DNA from: Naegleria gruberi
Taxonomy: Eukaryota
Assembly (NCBI GenBank): GCA_000004985.1
Contig: GG738855.1
Length of the DNA stretch: 64,000 nt
Strand: one strand, 5' to 3'
Positions within the stretch are counted from its first letter, which is position 1. Each line of letters opens with the position of its first letter. Positions 44,851 to 55,491 of the stretch are shown here, piece after piece. Both the position numbers and the translations under genes were made by a program. Below the pieces are notes generated by a model, which was given only the letters and a program-made list of their open reading frames with translations, ran no database searches and was not told the DNA's origin.

Positions 44851-44922
44851 TGGCTATTGAGGGGATTGAACCCTCGACCTTCTCCTTACGAGAGAGAAGC
44901 TCTACCACTGAGCTAAACAGCC
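44851..44922 (-). tRNA. tRNA-Thr(CGU): tRNA-Thr (anticodon CGU)
   Basis: The reverse complement folds as a cloverleaf. The acceptor pairs GGCTGTT with AATAGCC. The D-arm is GCTC-AGTGGTA-GAGC. The anticodon loop is CTCGTAA. The T-arm is GAGGG-TTCAATC-CCCTC. A T-run lies 8 nt downstream. Confidence 0.85.
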
Positions 44923-45393
44923 TGTGGTGATTTATTAAAAAAATTGAATTTCACTTTACCTCATTGATAGGATGAAAAATATTGACTAATAAAATTATTT
45001 TCAAATTCTAGCTTGGAATAAAAATGTTTTTCCCACTCTAGTTTTTTATTACAATACGCTATACATGTTCGTATACGTGAAAATTCTCTAGACTTGTCGT
45101 CAGTTTTTTAATTTACTTTTGAAAACACTGTAGTGTAACTAGTCTTTTATTTGTTGGAGTGAATTAATGAAAATTGAAATTAAAGTACATTAATACACAA
45201 TTTATATTAACGTTTAATATCTTATAAAATTGAATTCTTCTAAATCCTAATATTAAAAATTACGTTGTGGGCAACAACAAAAGCACATTTCATTCTTTTT
45301 CATGAAAGTTGTAATCTAAAGCTCCATACTATTCAACATGACAACTCCGAAATATCAATAATATAATCATCATTTAAAAAATCAAAAAAAAAA

Positions 45394-46597
45394 ATGCTAC
45401 TCCATCCACGTACATTTATTCTCATCCTTGCCATTCTCTTTTGTGGATGTAATACATTGATTATCAACGGAGCCGAGCTCGGCTTCAAGTTGAAACACAA
45501 TATTAAATTATTAAAAACCAATGATCGTCCAATTATAGGAATTATTGCACAACCAACAGGACGTACATTGAGTAGATATGGTAACACCTATATTGCTGCA
45601 TCCTATGTTAAATATGTTGAATCTGGTGGTGCTCGTGTTGTTCCAATTCCATATAATTTACCTGAAAGTCAATTACGTACATTATTTGAATCTTTGAATG
45701 GTGTTGTTTTTCCAGGAGGTAAATATTAATAATTTGAAATTTCATGATGTGAATAATTGAATATTTATATTGATGATGATGATCAATGAAATTTATGAAT
45801 GAAATTTATATTGAATATTTAAATTGGAATTTAATATATGAAAATATATGAAATTCATAAATGAAAATACATGATTTGTATAATGAAAATATATAGGTGG
45901 TACCGATTTAACCAATAATGATGGTTCTTGGACTCCATATTTAAAAACTTTAGGATTATTTGTCAAGTGGTCAATGGAATCCTATGATAAAAATCAAGAT
46001 TCCTTCCCAATTTGGGGAACTTGTTTGGGAATGCAATCCTTGACAATTATCTTGTCTGGTGATTCTAACATTCTTGCTGGTGGATTTGATAGTTATAACA
46101 TTTCAATGCCATTGAATTTTACAAATTCAATTCCAGACACTAAAAAGATGAGTAGAATTTTCAATAATTGTCCAATTTCATACATGAATACTTTGGCAAC
46201 TCAACCTGTCACTCTTAATAATCATCATTATGGTGTTCCTATTCCATCTTGGATGACCAATCAAAAGCTCACTTCTGAAAATTTACTTTTAGCAATTAAT
46301 AAGGATAGAAATGGAAAGGGATTTATTTCACTTTATGAAAACAAGAGATATCCAATCTATGCCAGTCAATTCCATCCAGAAAAAATTGCCTTTGAATGGT
46401 GTCATGAAGATATCGATCATTCATTTGATAGTTTACAAGCTAACATGTACTTTTCTCAATTCTTTGTCAATGAAGCTAGAAAGAGTCAACACAAATTCCA
46501 AAATGAACAAAGTGAACTTGCCTCATTGATTTACAATTACAATCCAGTTTACACTTATCCAGTTGAACCAGATTTTGCTCAATGTTATTTCTTTTAA
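45394..46597 (+). CDS. GGH: gamma-glutamyl hydrolase (peptidase C26) with signal peptide, join(45394..45718,45897..46597)
   Basis: It has a signal peptide (MLLHPRTFILILAILFCG), then IIGIIAQP...VVFPGG|GGTDL...FPIWGTCLGMQSL...HHYGV...SQFHPEK. A 178-nt AT-rich intron has a GTAAAT donor. Confidence 0.85.
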
Positions 46598-46810
46598 ATT
46601 ATTTAATTGTATATATTATGAGTTTCATTTATAAAATTCAATAAAGAAATTGATAATTTTAACAAATACTTTATTGCACTCTCTGACATTTTCAGATGAT
46701 GAAAATGTAAAATTGAATAATGAAATGAAAATTCAATTGTTTGTCTCGAATGGTTGAATATTCGGAATTTACAGTTTTCAATATAATAGAAATTACTTTA
46801 CAATTTTTAT

Positions 46811-47341
46811 TTACACATTTTCGTTAGGTTTCTTTATTTCCTCAGTAATGAAATAGTCCAAAATCCATTCATACAAAATTTCAAACAGAAATTCATAAAT
46901 AGTTCTACCAAACAATGTAACAGCAATCACAATAGAACCTCTAGAAATCCATGAATTCTTTGGTTGTGTTATAACATCCAATGTAATTAGTCCTCCCATC
47001 ACAATTAATAAAAACAATGAATAAACAACACGTCCAATCTTTTTAGCCAATTCAATCTTTTTTGCTTTTGTGGTGAGTGGAGGTTTTGTTGGATGGTGGT
47101 GGTGATGATGATGGTGGTGTTGTTTTGGTGTTGATGCACCATCTACTAGTTCGGAATCTCCAAAATATTTTCTATTAGATAATGGAGTAGGAATTCCATT
47201 GATTTGCTGGTGCTGCTGTTCATCTAATGTTGTTGTTGTTGATAGTGATGACATTTTACCTCTGCTCATTGATGATGTTAATAAGGGTACCTGGCTCTTG
47301 GTTGTTAAAGATGATCTGTCCTCTAGTTCTTGTTCAAACAT
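46811..47341 (-). CDS. hypothetical His-rich membrane protein
   Basis: 176-aa ORF with a (CAC/CAT)n-encoded H9 run, a TM helix VVYSLFLLIVMGGLITL and a second hydrophobic segment. Confidence 0.35.
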   Translation of the reverse strand: MFEQELEDRSSLTTKSQVPLLTSSMSRGKMSSLSTTTTLDEQQHQQINGIPTPLSNRKYFGDSELVDGASTPKQHHHHHHHHHPTKPPLTTKAKKIELAKKIGRVVYSLFLLIVMGGLITLDVITQPKNSWISRGSIVIAVTLFGRTIYEFLFEILYEWILDYFITEEIKKPNENV

Positions 47342-47453
47342 TTTTTTTTGAGAGTGGAAAATAGTTGAGGTTTTTTATTATCGTTTCCATAAAAGATACT
47401 TTAATAGTTGAGTGAACTATTTTAGATAAAATTAAAATTTCACTCTTGATTTT

Positions 47454-50400
47454 TTATTTCTTCTTGTTGAGTCTGGATAATTCCTTCTTGTAATTTTCAA
47501 CCTTGAGCTTTTCTTCATTGTAATTCTTTGTAATTTTGGCTTTGGAATCTTCAGCGAGGGCTAATTGCTTCTTTAACTTTTCAACTTCTGCCATTACTTG
47601 AGCTGCATTTCCACTCTTCAAAATGTTGAGCTGATCCATCAATTTGGAAATGTTTTCTCTCAAATCATTTACCTCAATATCTTTCTTGACAATTATTGTT
47701 TTCAATTCCTCAACTTCTTGAGATGATGTTTCCTTAACAATAATTGGTTCCACAACTGCCTTCTTAGATTCTTCCAGTTCAATATTCATCTTTTCCAAAA
47801 TTGAAACCTTAAGTGAGAGGTCTTGTACAACCTTCATTTGTTCATTGATTTCTTCCTTATCCTTTACAGATGAATTTTCGGCTGAGCTAACTTTGTCTGT
47901 CAAGTTCTTAATTGTTGCTTCCAAAGCATCAATCTTCTTCTTACTTTCAGTTCTTTCAGCATTTTGTTTTTCCTTAGCTTCCTTGAGAGCCTTTTCTTTG
48001 GCACTTTTCTCCTTGTCCAATTGTTGGTTGAGTGAGGATTGAGACTTTTCCAGAGATTCAATTCTTTTAGTAAATGAAGATACATCCTTTGAGTCTTTTG
48101 ATTTCGAGCAAACTAGATCGAAATCTGCTCTCAACTTTTCAAATTCTGATTGTCTCTTTGATAATTCGCTCATTAATTTTTCCACTCTATTATTCACTTC
48201 TGTCAATTCTGATGATTGTTTTTCTGCTTGTTGAGATTTTTGTTTGAGTTGATTTTCAATTTCTTCTCTTTCTGCCTGCATTTCCTTAATACGGGCTTCA
48301 AAAGATTCCTTGATTGAAGAAGTGTCTTGTTCGGACAATTGTTTTTCTAGAAGTTCAACCTTCGTTTGAGATTGTTCCCTTTCTGTTGCAGAAACTTCTT
48401 GCAACTCTTTAAGGGTTTGTTGAGCCTTTGTTAATTGCAATTGAATATCATCTCTTTCCTTTAAATTTTGTACAGTATCGGAAGCCTTTGATTGAATCAA
48501 TTCGAGTATCTTGGCGTCCTTTTCTTTTACAATCTTGGTTAATTCTTGATTGGAGTGTTTGAATTGCTCCATCATCTTTCTAACCTCATCAACTTCAGAC
48601 ATGGCAGTGTTCATAACAGTCTTCATTTGAGCCTGTTGTTCAGCCACCTTCTTGTGTTTTTCAATCTCTTCTTGGAAAGATTTGATTTGTTGTTTCAACT
48701 CAATATTCTCGGAAGCAACAACTTTGCTCTCGGAATCTTTGTTATCATCTTGTTTAAGAATTTCAATTTCTTCTTGGAGTGTTGTAATAGTGTTCTTGAG
48801 CTCTTGATTTTCAGTTGAAGCCTTCTCCGTTAATTCCTTTAATATGTTGCTTGTTTCTTGGAGAGAATGTTCTAATTTGGTGATCATCTCTGTAGATTTC
48901 TCCTTCTCCCTTGAAAGAGTGGTTAAGGTTTCATTCAACTTTTGCATTTCTCTATAATGTTCTTCTCCCTTTTCCTTGGCAGCAATCAATTCCTTTGTTA
49001 ATGTTGCAACAGTTTCACTTCCCAGAGCAACCTCTTTCTTTAATTTTTCAACTTCACTCATAGTGGAATTAAGAGCATCTTCCTTCTTTTTACGTTGATC
49101 ATTAATTGAAGAAATGGTTTCATCTCTTTTTTGTAAATCTGATTTGAGTGCTTCTACCGTTTGATTCAACTTTTGGATCTGTGATTCCTTTTCTTTGGTG
49201 GTTTTTTGAGTGGTTGTAAGTTTGTCAGTGCATTCTTTTAATTGCTTCTTTCCAGCATCAACATCTACTCTCATTTGATTAATTTCAAAGTTTCTTGTCT
49301 TGAGCTCTGACTTGAGCATTTTGATATTTTCAATATCGTTCTTGTGTTGCTCTCTTTCCTTTTGTAATGTTTCAATGACTTGCTCGTTGTTCTTCAACAC
49401 TTCATTACTTTCATAAATTATCCTTTCTTGTTCTTCCAATGTATTGGTTAATGACAACAATTGGTTCTTTAAACCTTCGGATTCTAAAACCAAACTTTCG
49501 ATAGCTTCTTCCTTTGCATGAATCAAATCCTTATTATCAGAAATTACCTTATCCTTACTCTCAGATTCCGTCTTTGTTTGTTGTAAAGCCTGAATGTTTT
49601 TAGCAATTATTTCCTCTTTTTCTGCAATCTCCTTTTCCAGTTCCTTGTTTCTTGTTTGGTTTGTTTCATCTTGGGAAGAAAGCTTGGTAACTTCAACAAG
49701 CAAGCATTCACTCTTTCTCTTTTCCTCATCCCTTTCATGCTTGATATGTTCAACCTCTTTGGAAATTTCCTTGAATTTGCGAGAGGTTTCTTCAATCTCC
49801 TTGTTCAAGTCGAGATTACAATTTCTGAGCAATTCATCTTTCTGTAACAACTCCTTCTTAGTGTCATCAAGTTGTTTCTTTAATTGTTCAACAACTTCAG
49901 TAGAAGGAGATGGAGAAGTAGCTGGAACAAATGATTGAATCTTTGCCAATAATTCTTCTTTTTCCTTCAAAAGTTTAGCAATTTCCTTGGCATCTCTTTG
50001 TTTGGCTTGAGTGAGTTTTTCAACTTCCTTAGTCTTCTCAAGAACGGATCTTTCCTTTGCGATAACGGTATCCTTCAATGTGGTAATTTCCTTAGTTTTA
50101 GAGGAGACTTGTTTTTCAAGGGAAGCAAATTTAGTCTCTGTTTCGGATTTGATATTTCTCAGCTTTTCAAGCTCCACCTTCATGTTTGATACTTCATTAA
50201 CAAACTGTTCTCTTTCTTCTTTGAGTTGTTTCTTGTCTTCCTTAATTATCTTTGATTCCTTCTTTTGGCTTGTAAGGGCATTGTTCAAATCAAGCTTTTC
50301 CTTCATCAAGGTAGCAATTCTGGAATCTTTCTCTGTTATTTCCTTTTGCAATGTTGCAATTTCTTCCTTTTGTTGATCTTTGATTTTCTCCATGTTGGAC

Positions 50401-50720
50401 AATTTAGATTGAATACTCTTGTTTTCCTTTTCCACAGCCTTTATGCGTTCTGCTTGTTCTTCAAGTTTTCTCTTTGAGGCTTCCTTTTCGGATTTCAGAC
50501 TGAAAACTACTCCCAAAAGAATAGCAATACAAGTAGTCAATATAATTGATTGGTATGAAAGACTACTACTAATAGTATCAAGCAGGAAATTACTACTTGG
50601 TGCACAATAGACCGAAGAAGAAAACAACATTGCTAGGGTCAATGATTTAAGACCCAAGTAGGAAGAATGGTTTACCAAGTTCATATTTTCTATATTGTTG
50701 TTGGTGTTTAAATTAAACAA
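47454..50720 (-). CDS. giant coiled-coil protein with N-terminal membrane anchors (kinectin/golgin-like)
   Basis: 1088-aa single ORF with two N-terminal hydrophobic segments followed by about 1000 aa of uninterrupted heptad repeats rich in E/K/L/Q. Confidence 0.6.
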   Translation of the reverse strand: MFNLNTNNNIENMNLVNHSSYLGLKSLTLAMLFSSSVYCAPSSNFLLDTISSSLSYQSIILTTCIAILLGVVFSLKSEKEASKRKLEEQAERIKAVEKENKSIQSKLSNMEKIKDQQKEEIATLQKEITEKDSRIATLMKEKLDLNNALTSQKKESKIIKEDKKQLKEEREQFVNEVSNMKVELEKLRNIKSETETKFASLEKQVSSKTKEITTLKDTVIAKERSVLEKTKEVEKLTQAKQRDAKEIAKLLKEKEELLAKIQSFVPATSPSPSTEVVEQLKKQLDDTKKELLQKDELLRNCNLDLNKEIEETSRKFKEISKEVEHIKHERDEEKRKSECLLVEVTKLSSQDETNQTRNKELEKEIAEKEEIIAKNIQALQQTKTESESKDKVISDNKDLIHAKEEAIESLVLESEGLKNQLLSLTNTLEEQERIIYESNEVLKNNEQVIETLQKEREQHKNDIENIKMLKSELKTRNFEINQMRVDVDAGKKQLKECTDKLTTTQKTTKEKESQIQKLNQTVEALKSDLQKRDETISSINDQRKKKEDALNSTMSEVEKLKKEVALGSETVATLTKELIAAKEKGEEHYREMQKLNETLTTLSREKEKSTEMITKLEHSLQETSNILKELTEKASTENQELKNTITTLQEEIEILKQDDNKDSESKVVASENIELKQQIKSFQEEIEKHKKVAEQQAQMKTVMNTAMSEVDEVRKMMEQFKHSNQELTKIVKEKDAKILELIQSKASDTVQNLKERDDIQLQLTKAQQTLKELQEVSATEREQSQTKVELLEKQLSEQDTSSIKESFEARIKEMQAEREEIENQLKQKSQQAEKQSSELTEVNNRVEKLMSELSKRQSEFEKLRADFDLVCSKSKDSKDVSSFTKRIESLEKSQSSLNQQLDKEKSAKEKALKEAKEKQNAERTESKKKIDALEATIKNLTDKVSSAENSSVKDKEEINEQMKVVQDLSLKVSILEKMNIELEESKKAVVEPIIVKETSSQEVEELKTIIVKKDIEVNDLRENISKLMDQLNILKSGNAAQVMAEVEKLKKQLALAEDSKAKITKNYNEEKLKVENYKKELSRLNKKK

Positions 50721-50829
50721 GGAATATTTTCAATTTGCTTTAGCAAGTGTTGCAATGTAAGGTTATTGTTGGTATGCTAATTTTTTTTGTTTGCAATTTC
50801 TGTGTGTTTTTATTGAGGAAGTAATTCAA

Positions 50830-50843
50830 ATTTGGCGCCAATA
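50830..50843. promoter_or_regulatory. Palindromic TTTGGCGCCAAT motif about 115 bp upstream of the giant coiled-coil gene ATG at 50720
   Basis: Direct observation. Confidence 0.35.
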
Positions 50844-50850
50844 GAACTCT

Positions 50851-52116
50851 TTATTGTCCATTGTTTGGGTGGTATGTAAACGACTTGTCATTCTCCAAAA
50901 GAAGATCTAAAAAGAGTGCATCCAATTCATCAGTGATAGCTTGGTCATGTTGAGCCCATCTATCTTTGGAATGTTTAACAAATAGTGAACTACAAACAGC
51001 ATTAACTCTATTCAATTCATAAACAATCCATGATTCAACTCGTTGTCCAAAATGTAATGAAGATAATGGAACATTTGGTACTTGTTGCCTTAACAAATAT
51101 AATTCCTCAATTTCTTTTTCAATTTCAATTGTTCTCAGTGCTTTAACAGTATCAAATAATCTTCTAAAATTCAAAATTATTATATTTTCTAATGGTTCAG
51201 CAACATCAGCGTGGTTAGTATTGATTAAATACTTCCATTCCAAAATATTTACACTCAATAGTGTTTGAATAATGAATAGAGTCTTTTTCACATCCAAAAC
51301 ATCTCGTTGTGATGTAGGTGGTTTGTCCTTGCTATCCAAAATATTGTGATAATTCTTTTTTGCAGTATTAAGTTTTGCATACGCCACTGTATAAGGACTT
51401 CCATGAATAATTTTAGCAGCTACATTCTTCAATCTGTCAATATTATTAGTTCGAGAAACGAGCACTCTTTCGGAGGCAAGCCATTCAAGAATTGAAGAAT
51501 TACCAGACCAAATGAATGAAAAAGATCTACGTAACTCCCATCCCAGTATATCAACGCATCGGATTGGATTCACATTACATTTAAAAATGTTTTGAATTGA
51601 TGTAGGAATTTTGCTCTTTTCTCCTCCTCTATAAGTTGCAAGCATATTCCTCAATTTTAAATAATCTCTCAATGATGATGAATACACAAAACGAATATCA
51701 AAATCGGAAAGTGATTCACAATGATATCCATATGAGTGACTTCCTGTCTCGACACAATATAAAATCTTTACATTGTTCTTTCTTTCATATTCTTGCAGTT
51801 TTTCTTGAATAGCCATTGGAATTTCCATAGGAACATAATTATAATATGAAGACATGGTAGATGGTAATTTTTCCAAACTTAAATTATTATTATTACTAAT
51901 GGGAGATGTATTATTTGTAATTGGGCTTGTATTCATAGTACTATTCGATGAAGATGATACTTGTTTTTTCGGATTATGAACAACTTTTCTTGAGTGTTGT
52001 TGTTGTTGTTGTTGTTGAGTAGAATGATGGTAAGCATATACTGGTAGAGTAGTCTTCATCATCATCATGGGATGAAGTGTCTTTCGGAAACGAAGAAGAT
52101 TACTCTGCATCATCAT
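50851..52116 (-). CDS. Nucleotidyltransferase-fold protein (GS...D.D motif), possibly of bacterial ancestry. It has a presequence-like N-terminus and a poly-Q run.
   Basis: KILYCVETGSHSYGYHCESLSDFDIRFVY fits the hG[GS]x9-13DhD Pol-beta-like NTase signature. The N-terminus is MMMQSNLLRFRKTLHPMMMMK. Confidence 0.4.
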   Translation of the reverse strand: MMMQSNLLRFRKTLHPMMMMKTTLPVYAYHHSTQQQQQQQHSRKVVHNPKKQVSSSSNSTMNTSPITNNTSPISNNNNLSLEKLPSTMSSYYNYVPMEIPMAIQEKLQEYERKNNVKILYCVETGSHSYGYHCESLSDFDIRFVYSSSLRDYLKLRNMLATYRGGEKSKIPTSIQNIFKCNVNPIRCVDILGWELRRSFSFIWSGNSSILEWLASERVLVSRTNNIDRLKNVAAKIIHGSPYTVAYAKLNTAKKNYHNILDSKDKPPTSQRDVLDVKKTLFIIQTLLSVNILEWKYLINTNHADVAEPLENIIILNFRRLFDTVKALRTIEIEKEIEELYLLRQQVPNVPLSSLHFGQRVESWIVYELNRVNAVCSSLFVKHSKDRWAQHDQAITDELDALFLDLLLENDKSFTYHPNNGQ

Positions 52117-52341
52117 CAGTCCTATGGATTTAAAATATTTTCTTTTTAATTTTTATTGCAATATTTAAAAAATTCATTTTCTAATTTTTTCAAGTGGCAT
52201 GAAATCAATTTTTCTTTTAATTTGCTTATTCTTCAATTATTTTGAAAAAGACTCACAGTAGAGAATCAAAGAATAATAAGCTTTTTATTTTGATAATGGA
52301 CTTGTGAAATATCTAGTCACTTTCGAATAACATATAAAAAA

Positions 52342-53232
52342 ATGACAACTCCTGCTACTCCTCGAACAGCAGTGAACCAACCACATTATCGTTCAACGTC
52401 ACGTCTTCGTCAGAAGGAAGCCACTCCGATAGAATTTTATCAAACTCTCGATCTGATCAATTCCTTTACTATTCAGACAATTTCTCTGCTCAACCATTTT
52501 TCTCTCCAATGTGAAACTAAACTAAACCGTGTGGAACATGATTTACATCGTGTTGAAATTACACTCTCCCTCTTGGAAAGTAAATTAAAATCTGTTGATG
52601 GAATGGAAAGCAAAATGAAAGAATTCGAATCTTCATCCACCACTGTCTCTAATCCAACAATAACAACAACAATGGAAACAACAACAACAAATTCATCAGG
52701 AGTTCCTCCTCCACCTTCATCAGCTTCTGGCTTTGTCCCTCCTCCACCTGGATCTTCTGGTTTTGTTCCTCCACCTCCAGGTTCGGCTGGTTTCGTCCCA
52801 CCTCCACCATCATCAGCTGGTTTTGTTCCTCCACCTCCTTCAATGTCTTCTTCAGGTAGTATGGGTATTCCACCTCCTCCAGTCATGATGATGAGTGGAA
52901 TGGTTCCTCCTCTCCCTCTAGCAACAACAAATAATTATTCGACAGCAACATCACCTGTAGAGAGTGAAGCTCATAATGATGATGCTGGTAATGTACTCGG
53001 AGAGAATATGTACACTTGTGAAACAGATCCAAGATTGGCCAGATATTTCAGATTATTCTACAAAGTGGGAGCTCCAAGACAACAACTTGAAATGGATATT
53101 AAGAGAGATTTAGGATTGACTGATTCCAGTTTTTTAGATACACCTACTGCTCCATCTCCATTAGGACCATATATTCCACCTCCAGCTGAAAGTGAGAGTG
53201 AAGAAGAGGAAGAAGAGGAAGAAGATAATTGA
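52342..53232 (+). CDS. WASHC3: WASH complex subunit 3 (CCDC53) with an expanded proline-rich repeat
   Basis: It has an N-terminal BRK1/CCDC53-type helix (LLNHFSLQCETKLNRVEHDLHRVEITLSLLESKL). The C-terminus TDPRLARYFRLFYKVGAPRQQLEMDIKRDLG matches CCDC53 KDPRYARYLKMVQVGVP. It has an acidic tail. Confidence 0.7.
   Translation: MTTPATPRTAVNQPHYRSTSRLRQKEATPIEFYQTLDLINSFTIQTISLLNHFSLQCETKLNRVEHDLHRVEITLSLLESKLKSVDGMESKMKEFESSSTTVSNPTITTTMETTTTNSSGVPPPPSSASGFVPPPPGSSGFVPPPPGSAGFVPPPPSSAGFVPPPPSMSSSGSMGIPPPPVMMMSGMVPPLPLATTNNYSTATSPVESEAHNDDAGNVLGENMYTCETDPRLARYFRLFYKVGAPRQQLEMDIKRDLGLTDSSFLDTPTAPSPLGPYIPPPAESESEEEEEEEEDN
52706..52838 (+). repeat. Tandem imperfect roughly 30-nt coding repeats, 4 copies, encoding PPPP(G/S)S(S/A)GFV
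   Basis: The units are cctcctccacct...ggctttgtc, cctcctccacctggatcttctggttttgtt, cctccacctccaggttcggctggtttcgtc and ccacctccaccatcatcagctggttttgtt. Confidence 0.6.
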
Positions 53233-53299
53233 AATAATTGTAAATTTTGTAAATTTAAAGATAATTTTTGTAATGATTTAATAATATTTAATAAATAAT

Positions 53300-55309
53300 T
53301 TAGAGAGTCATTAATTGTTCTTCATTAATCTTGAATGAGTTAATGACAAATAATTTAGAATACAATTCTTCACAGACTTTTCCACATTCTTCTCCCATAG
53401 TCTTCTTAGCTTTGATGAGTTCTTGTTGGATTTGAGAAATCTTTTCATTAATAAAGCTCCAGAAATCCTTCTTGGTGACTTGTGCAGCTCTATTGAAAGA
53501 GGCAAGCATTTCAGTCAAATATTCATCAACAATGGTACAACTTTCAATCATCTTGTCACTATATTCAATATTGTCATCTGGAAGTTGGGATGGATATTCC
53601 TTTGATACAACTCTTGAATCTCTCAAAATGGTAGAGTTGGTCAAAATTTCCTTAATCAAGTTATGGAATGGAATGAGTTCCTTTTCAATAGAGATTAAAT
53701 CTTGTTCTTGTTCAACAGATTTAATGAGCCAAGTCTTAATGGAATGATAAATGGCTTCATTCAATGGGGTTAAACCTCTCAACATGAAAAAGTTAGTATC
53801 TCTCCAATCTGCGAAACTATTAACTGCCTTAGTTTGCTTCATCATGAGATTGATATGTTTCATGAGTGCCTTACTATCAGCCTTGACAAATTGAGCATCA
53901 TATGGTTCACCTCTGAATAAATGCAATTGTTCACTGCTTGTTATATTGGTAATGACTGGATTGTAGAATAATAAAAGTCCTCTGTCTTGAATTTCAGATT
54001 GTCTCTTACCATATAAAAAGTTATGGACAAGGATGGTACCAAAATTACCTTGTCCATTAATGTCTCTAGTGGCTTCAAAAGCTTTGATTGCTTCTCCTGA
54101 ACAGACATAGACAAGACCTGCAGAGATTTCTCTCAAAAGAGCAGATGTAACTTCAATATAATTGGAAATAATAGTTCTTGGGAATTCATGATCAGCTGGT
54201 CCCTTATGGAGGAGCATTAAATTCATTGGACGAACCTTCTTTGTTGGATTAGTTTGATTGAATAATTCCTTAAAATCACATTCCTCATAGAAGAGATAGG
54301 ATCTTGGGAATTGTCTAGTAGCCAACATGGATTCCTTATCACCATCAAATTCAGTAAATTCATATTGAGATTTGAGGAATTGTAAAATAGAGTCTTTGAG
54401 ATCTGAAACGAGGTGTGGAATTGTCAAACCCTTACGAATATATTCATTATTTTCATTCAGAATTTCTTCTTGTGTAGAGTCAGCAGTGATTCTAATTTGA
54501 ACCTTGTTATCTTCATCTTGTTGTCTTCCAATCTTATTGACACGAATAACATTAGCAATTCCATTCAATGAAGTTTCTGGTCTCTTCTTTGAAGGCAAAA
54601 ATCTCAATCTATTCACAACATATTCATCCATAACTTTGACTCTGTCAGCATTCAATGAAGTCTTCATTCCTAGAGACAATTCAAAGAATGATGGAAGATC
54701 TTGCTTACAACTATTTCTCCAAGAATCACCAAGAATTTTATCACACAATAAACCATTATATTCAGATGAGAGACAATTGAATTGAGCAACTTTGAGATTG
54801 ACAGCTTTGGATTCTCTTGTTGTGAGAAGAGTTTCATCTGGCAAATTAAAGTTCTTTCCATGTTTTGCTCTAACTTTTTCAATAGTATTAACAATTGAAT
54901 CAAGTAAACTCATTGCATATAAATTATATTCCCTAGCACAATAATCATTGGTATGGAAATAAACAAGTAAATCCATCTCTGACAAGACTTTGTGATAATA
55001 TGAGAGAGCATGATGATTCGGATCAATGAATATATTTTTCAATTCTTCTTCTTGATTTCCAGCAAGAGAAACAGCAGCAATTGAATCTTGTAATTGTATA
55101 AAACTACTATTTAAAGAGGAATCAATTTGAAAAACATCTCGGAGTGCAAAAGAGGGTGAAGTTTTGAATTGATTGTCATCGAGAGCATTTACTTGCAAAC
55201 AACAATAGGAAATTACAATCAAAAGTAAAAGTAATGATGATGCTGATGATTGTTTTATTCTCATCCATATGGATTTTGAAGAGGATGACTGCAATCGTTG
55301 TTGCAACAT
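53300..55309 (-). CDS. hypothetical secreted/luminal glycoprotein (signal peptide)
   Basis: 669-aa ORF. It has an N-terminal hydrophobic leader (SSASSLLLLLIVISYCCLQVNA), many N-x-S/T sites, and scattered Cys. No motif is assigned with confidence. Confidence 0.45.
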   Translation of the reverse strand: MLQQRLQSSSSKSIWMRIKQSSASSLLLLLIVISYCCLQVNALDDNQFKTSPSFALRDVFQIDSSLNSSFIQLQDSIAAVSLAGNQEEELKNIFIDPNHHALSYYHKVLSEMDLLVYFHTNDYCAREYNLYAMSLLDSIVNTIEKVRAKHGKNFNLPDETLLTTRESKAVNLKVAQFNCLSSEYNGLLCDKILGDSWRNSCKQDLPSFFELSLGMKTSLNADRVKVMDEYVVNRLRFLPSKKRPETSLNGIANVIRVNKIGRQQDEDNKVQIRITADSTQEEILNENNEYIRKGLTIPHLVSDLKDSILQFLKSQYEFTEFDGDKESMLATRQFPRSYLFYEECDFKELFNQTNPTKKVRPMNLMLLHKGPADHEFPRTIISNYIEVTSALLREISAGLVYVCSGEAIKAFEATRDINGQGNFGTILVHNFLYGKRQSEIQDRGLLLFYNPVITNITSSEQLHLFRGEPYDAQFVKADSKALMKHINLMMKQTKAVNSFADWRDTNFFMLRGLTPLNEAIYHSIKTWLIKSVEQEQDLISIEKELIPFHNLIKEILTNSTILRDSRVVSKEYPSQLPDDNIEYSDKMIESCTIVDEYLTEMLASFNRAAQVTKKDFWSFINEKISQIQQELIKAKKTMGEECGKVCEELYSKLFVINSFKINEEQLMTL

Positions 55310-55491
55310 TTTTTCGGAATTTGTTTGAGTGTGGATAATTAGGAAACACGTTTTTTCATTCCTAAGATTCCGGAGATGAAGAACTCCGAAATATCCAATA
55401 GTTTAATATTATTAAAAATCATCATTACCCAATGCAATGCATAAGAGATTATAGATCATGTTTAAAAGATTAAAAACTTCAAATTCTATTA

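Noticed and set aside
47845-50610. Many 60-120-aa ORFs on the plus strand inside the giant coiled-coil gene (e.g. 48546..48818, 49594..49938, 50011..50376)
   Set aside because: They are mirror frames of a repetitive GAA/AAG-rich coiled-coil coding region. They have Leu/Phe/Ser-rich nonsense composition.
52473-52886. Minus-strand ORFs encoding G/P/T-rich peptides opposite WASHC3
   Set aside because: They are the antisense of the Pro-rich repeat (CCN codons read as GGN). The sense frame has clear CCDC53 homology.
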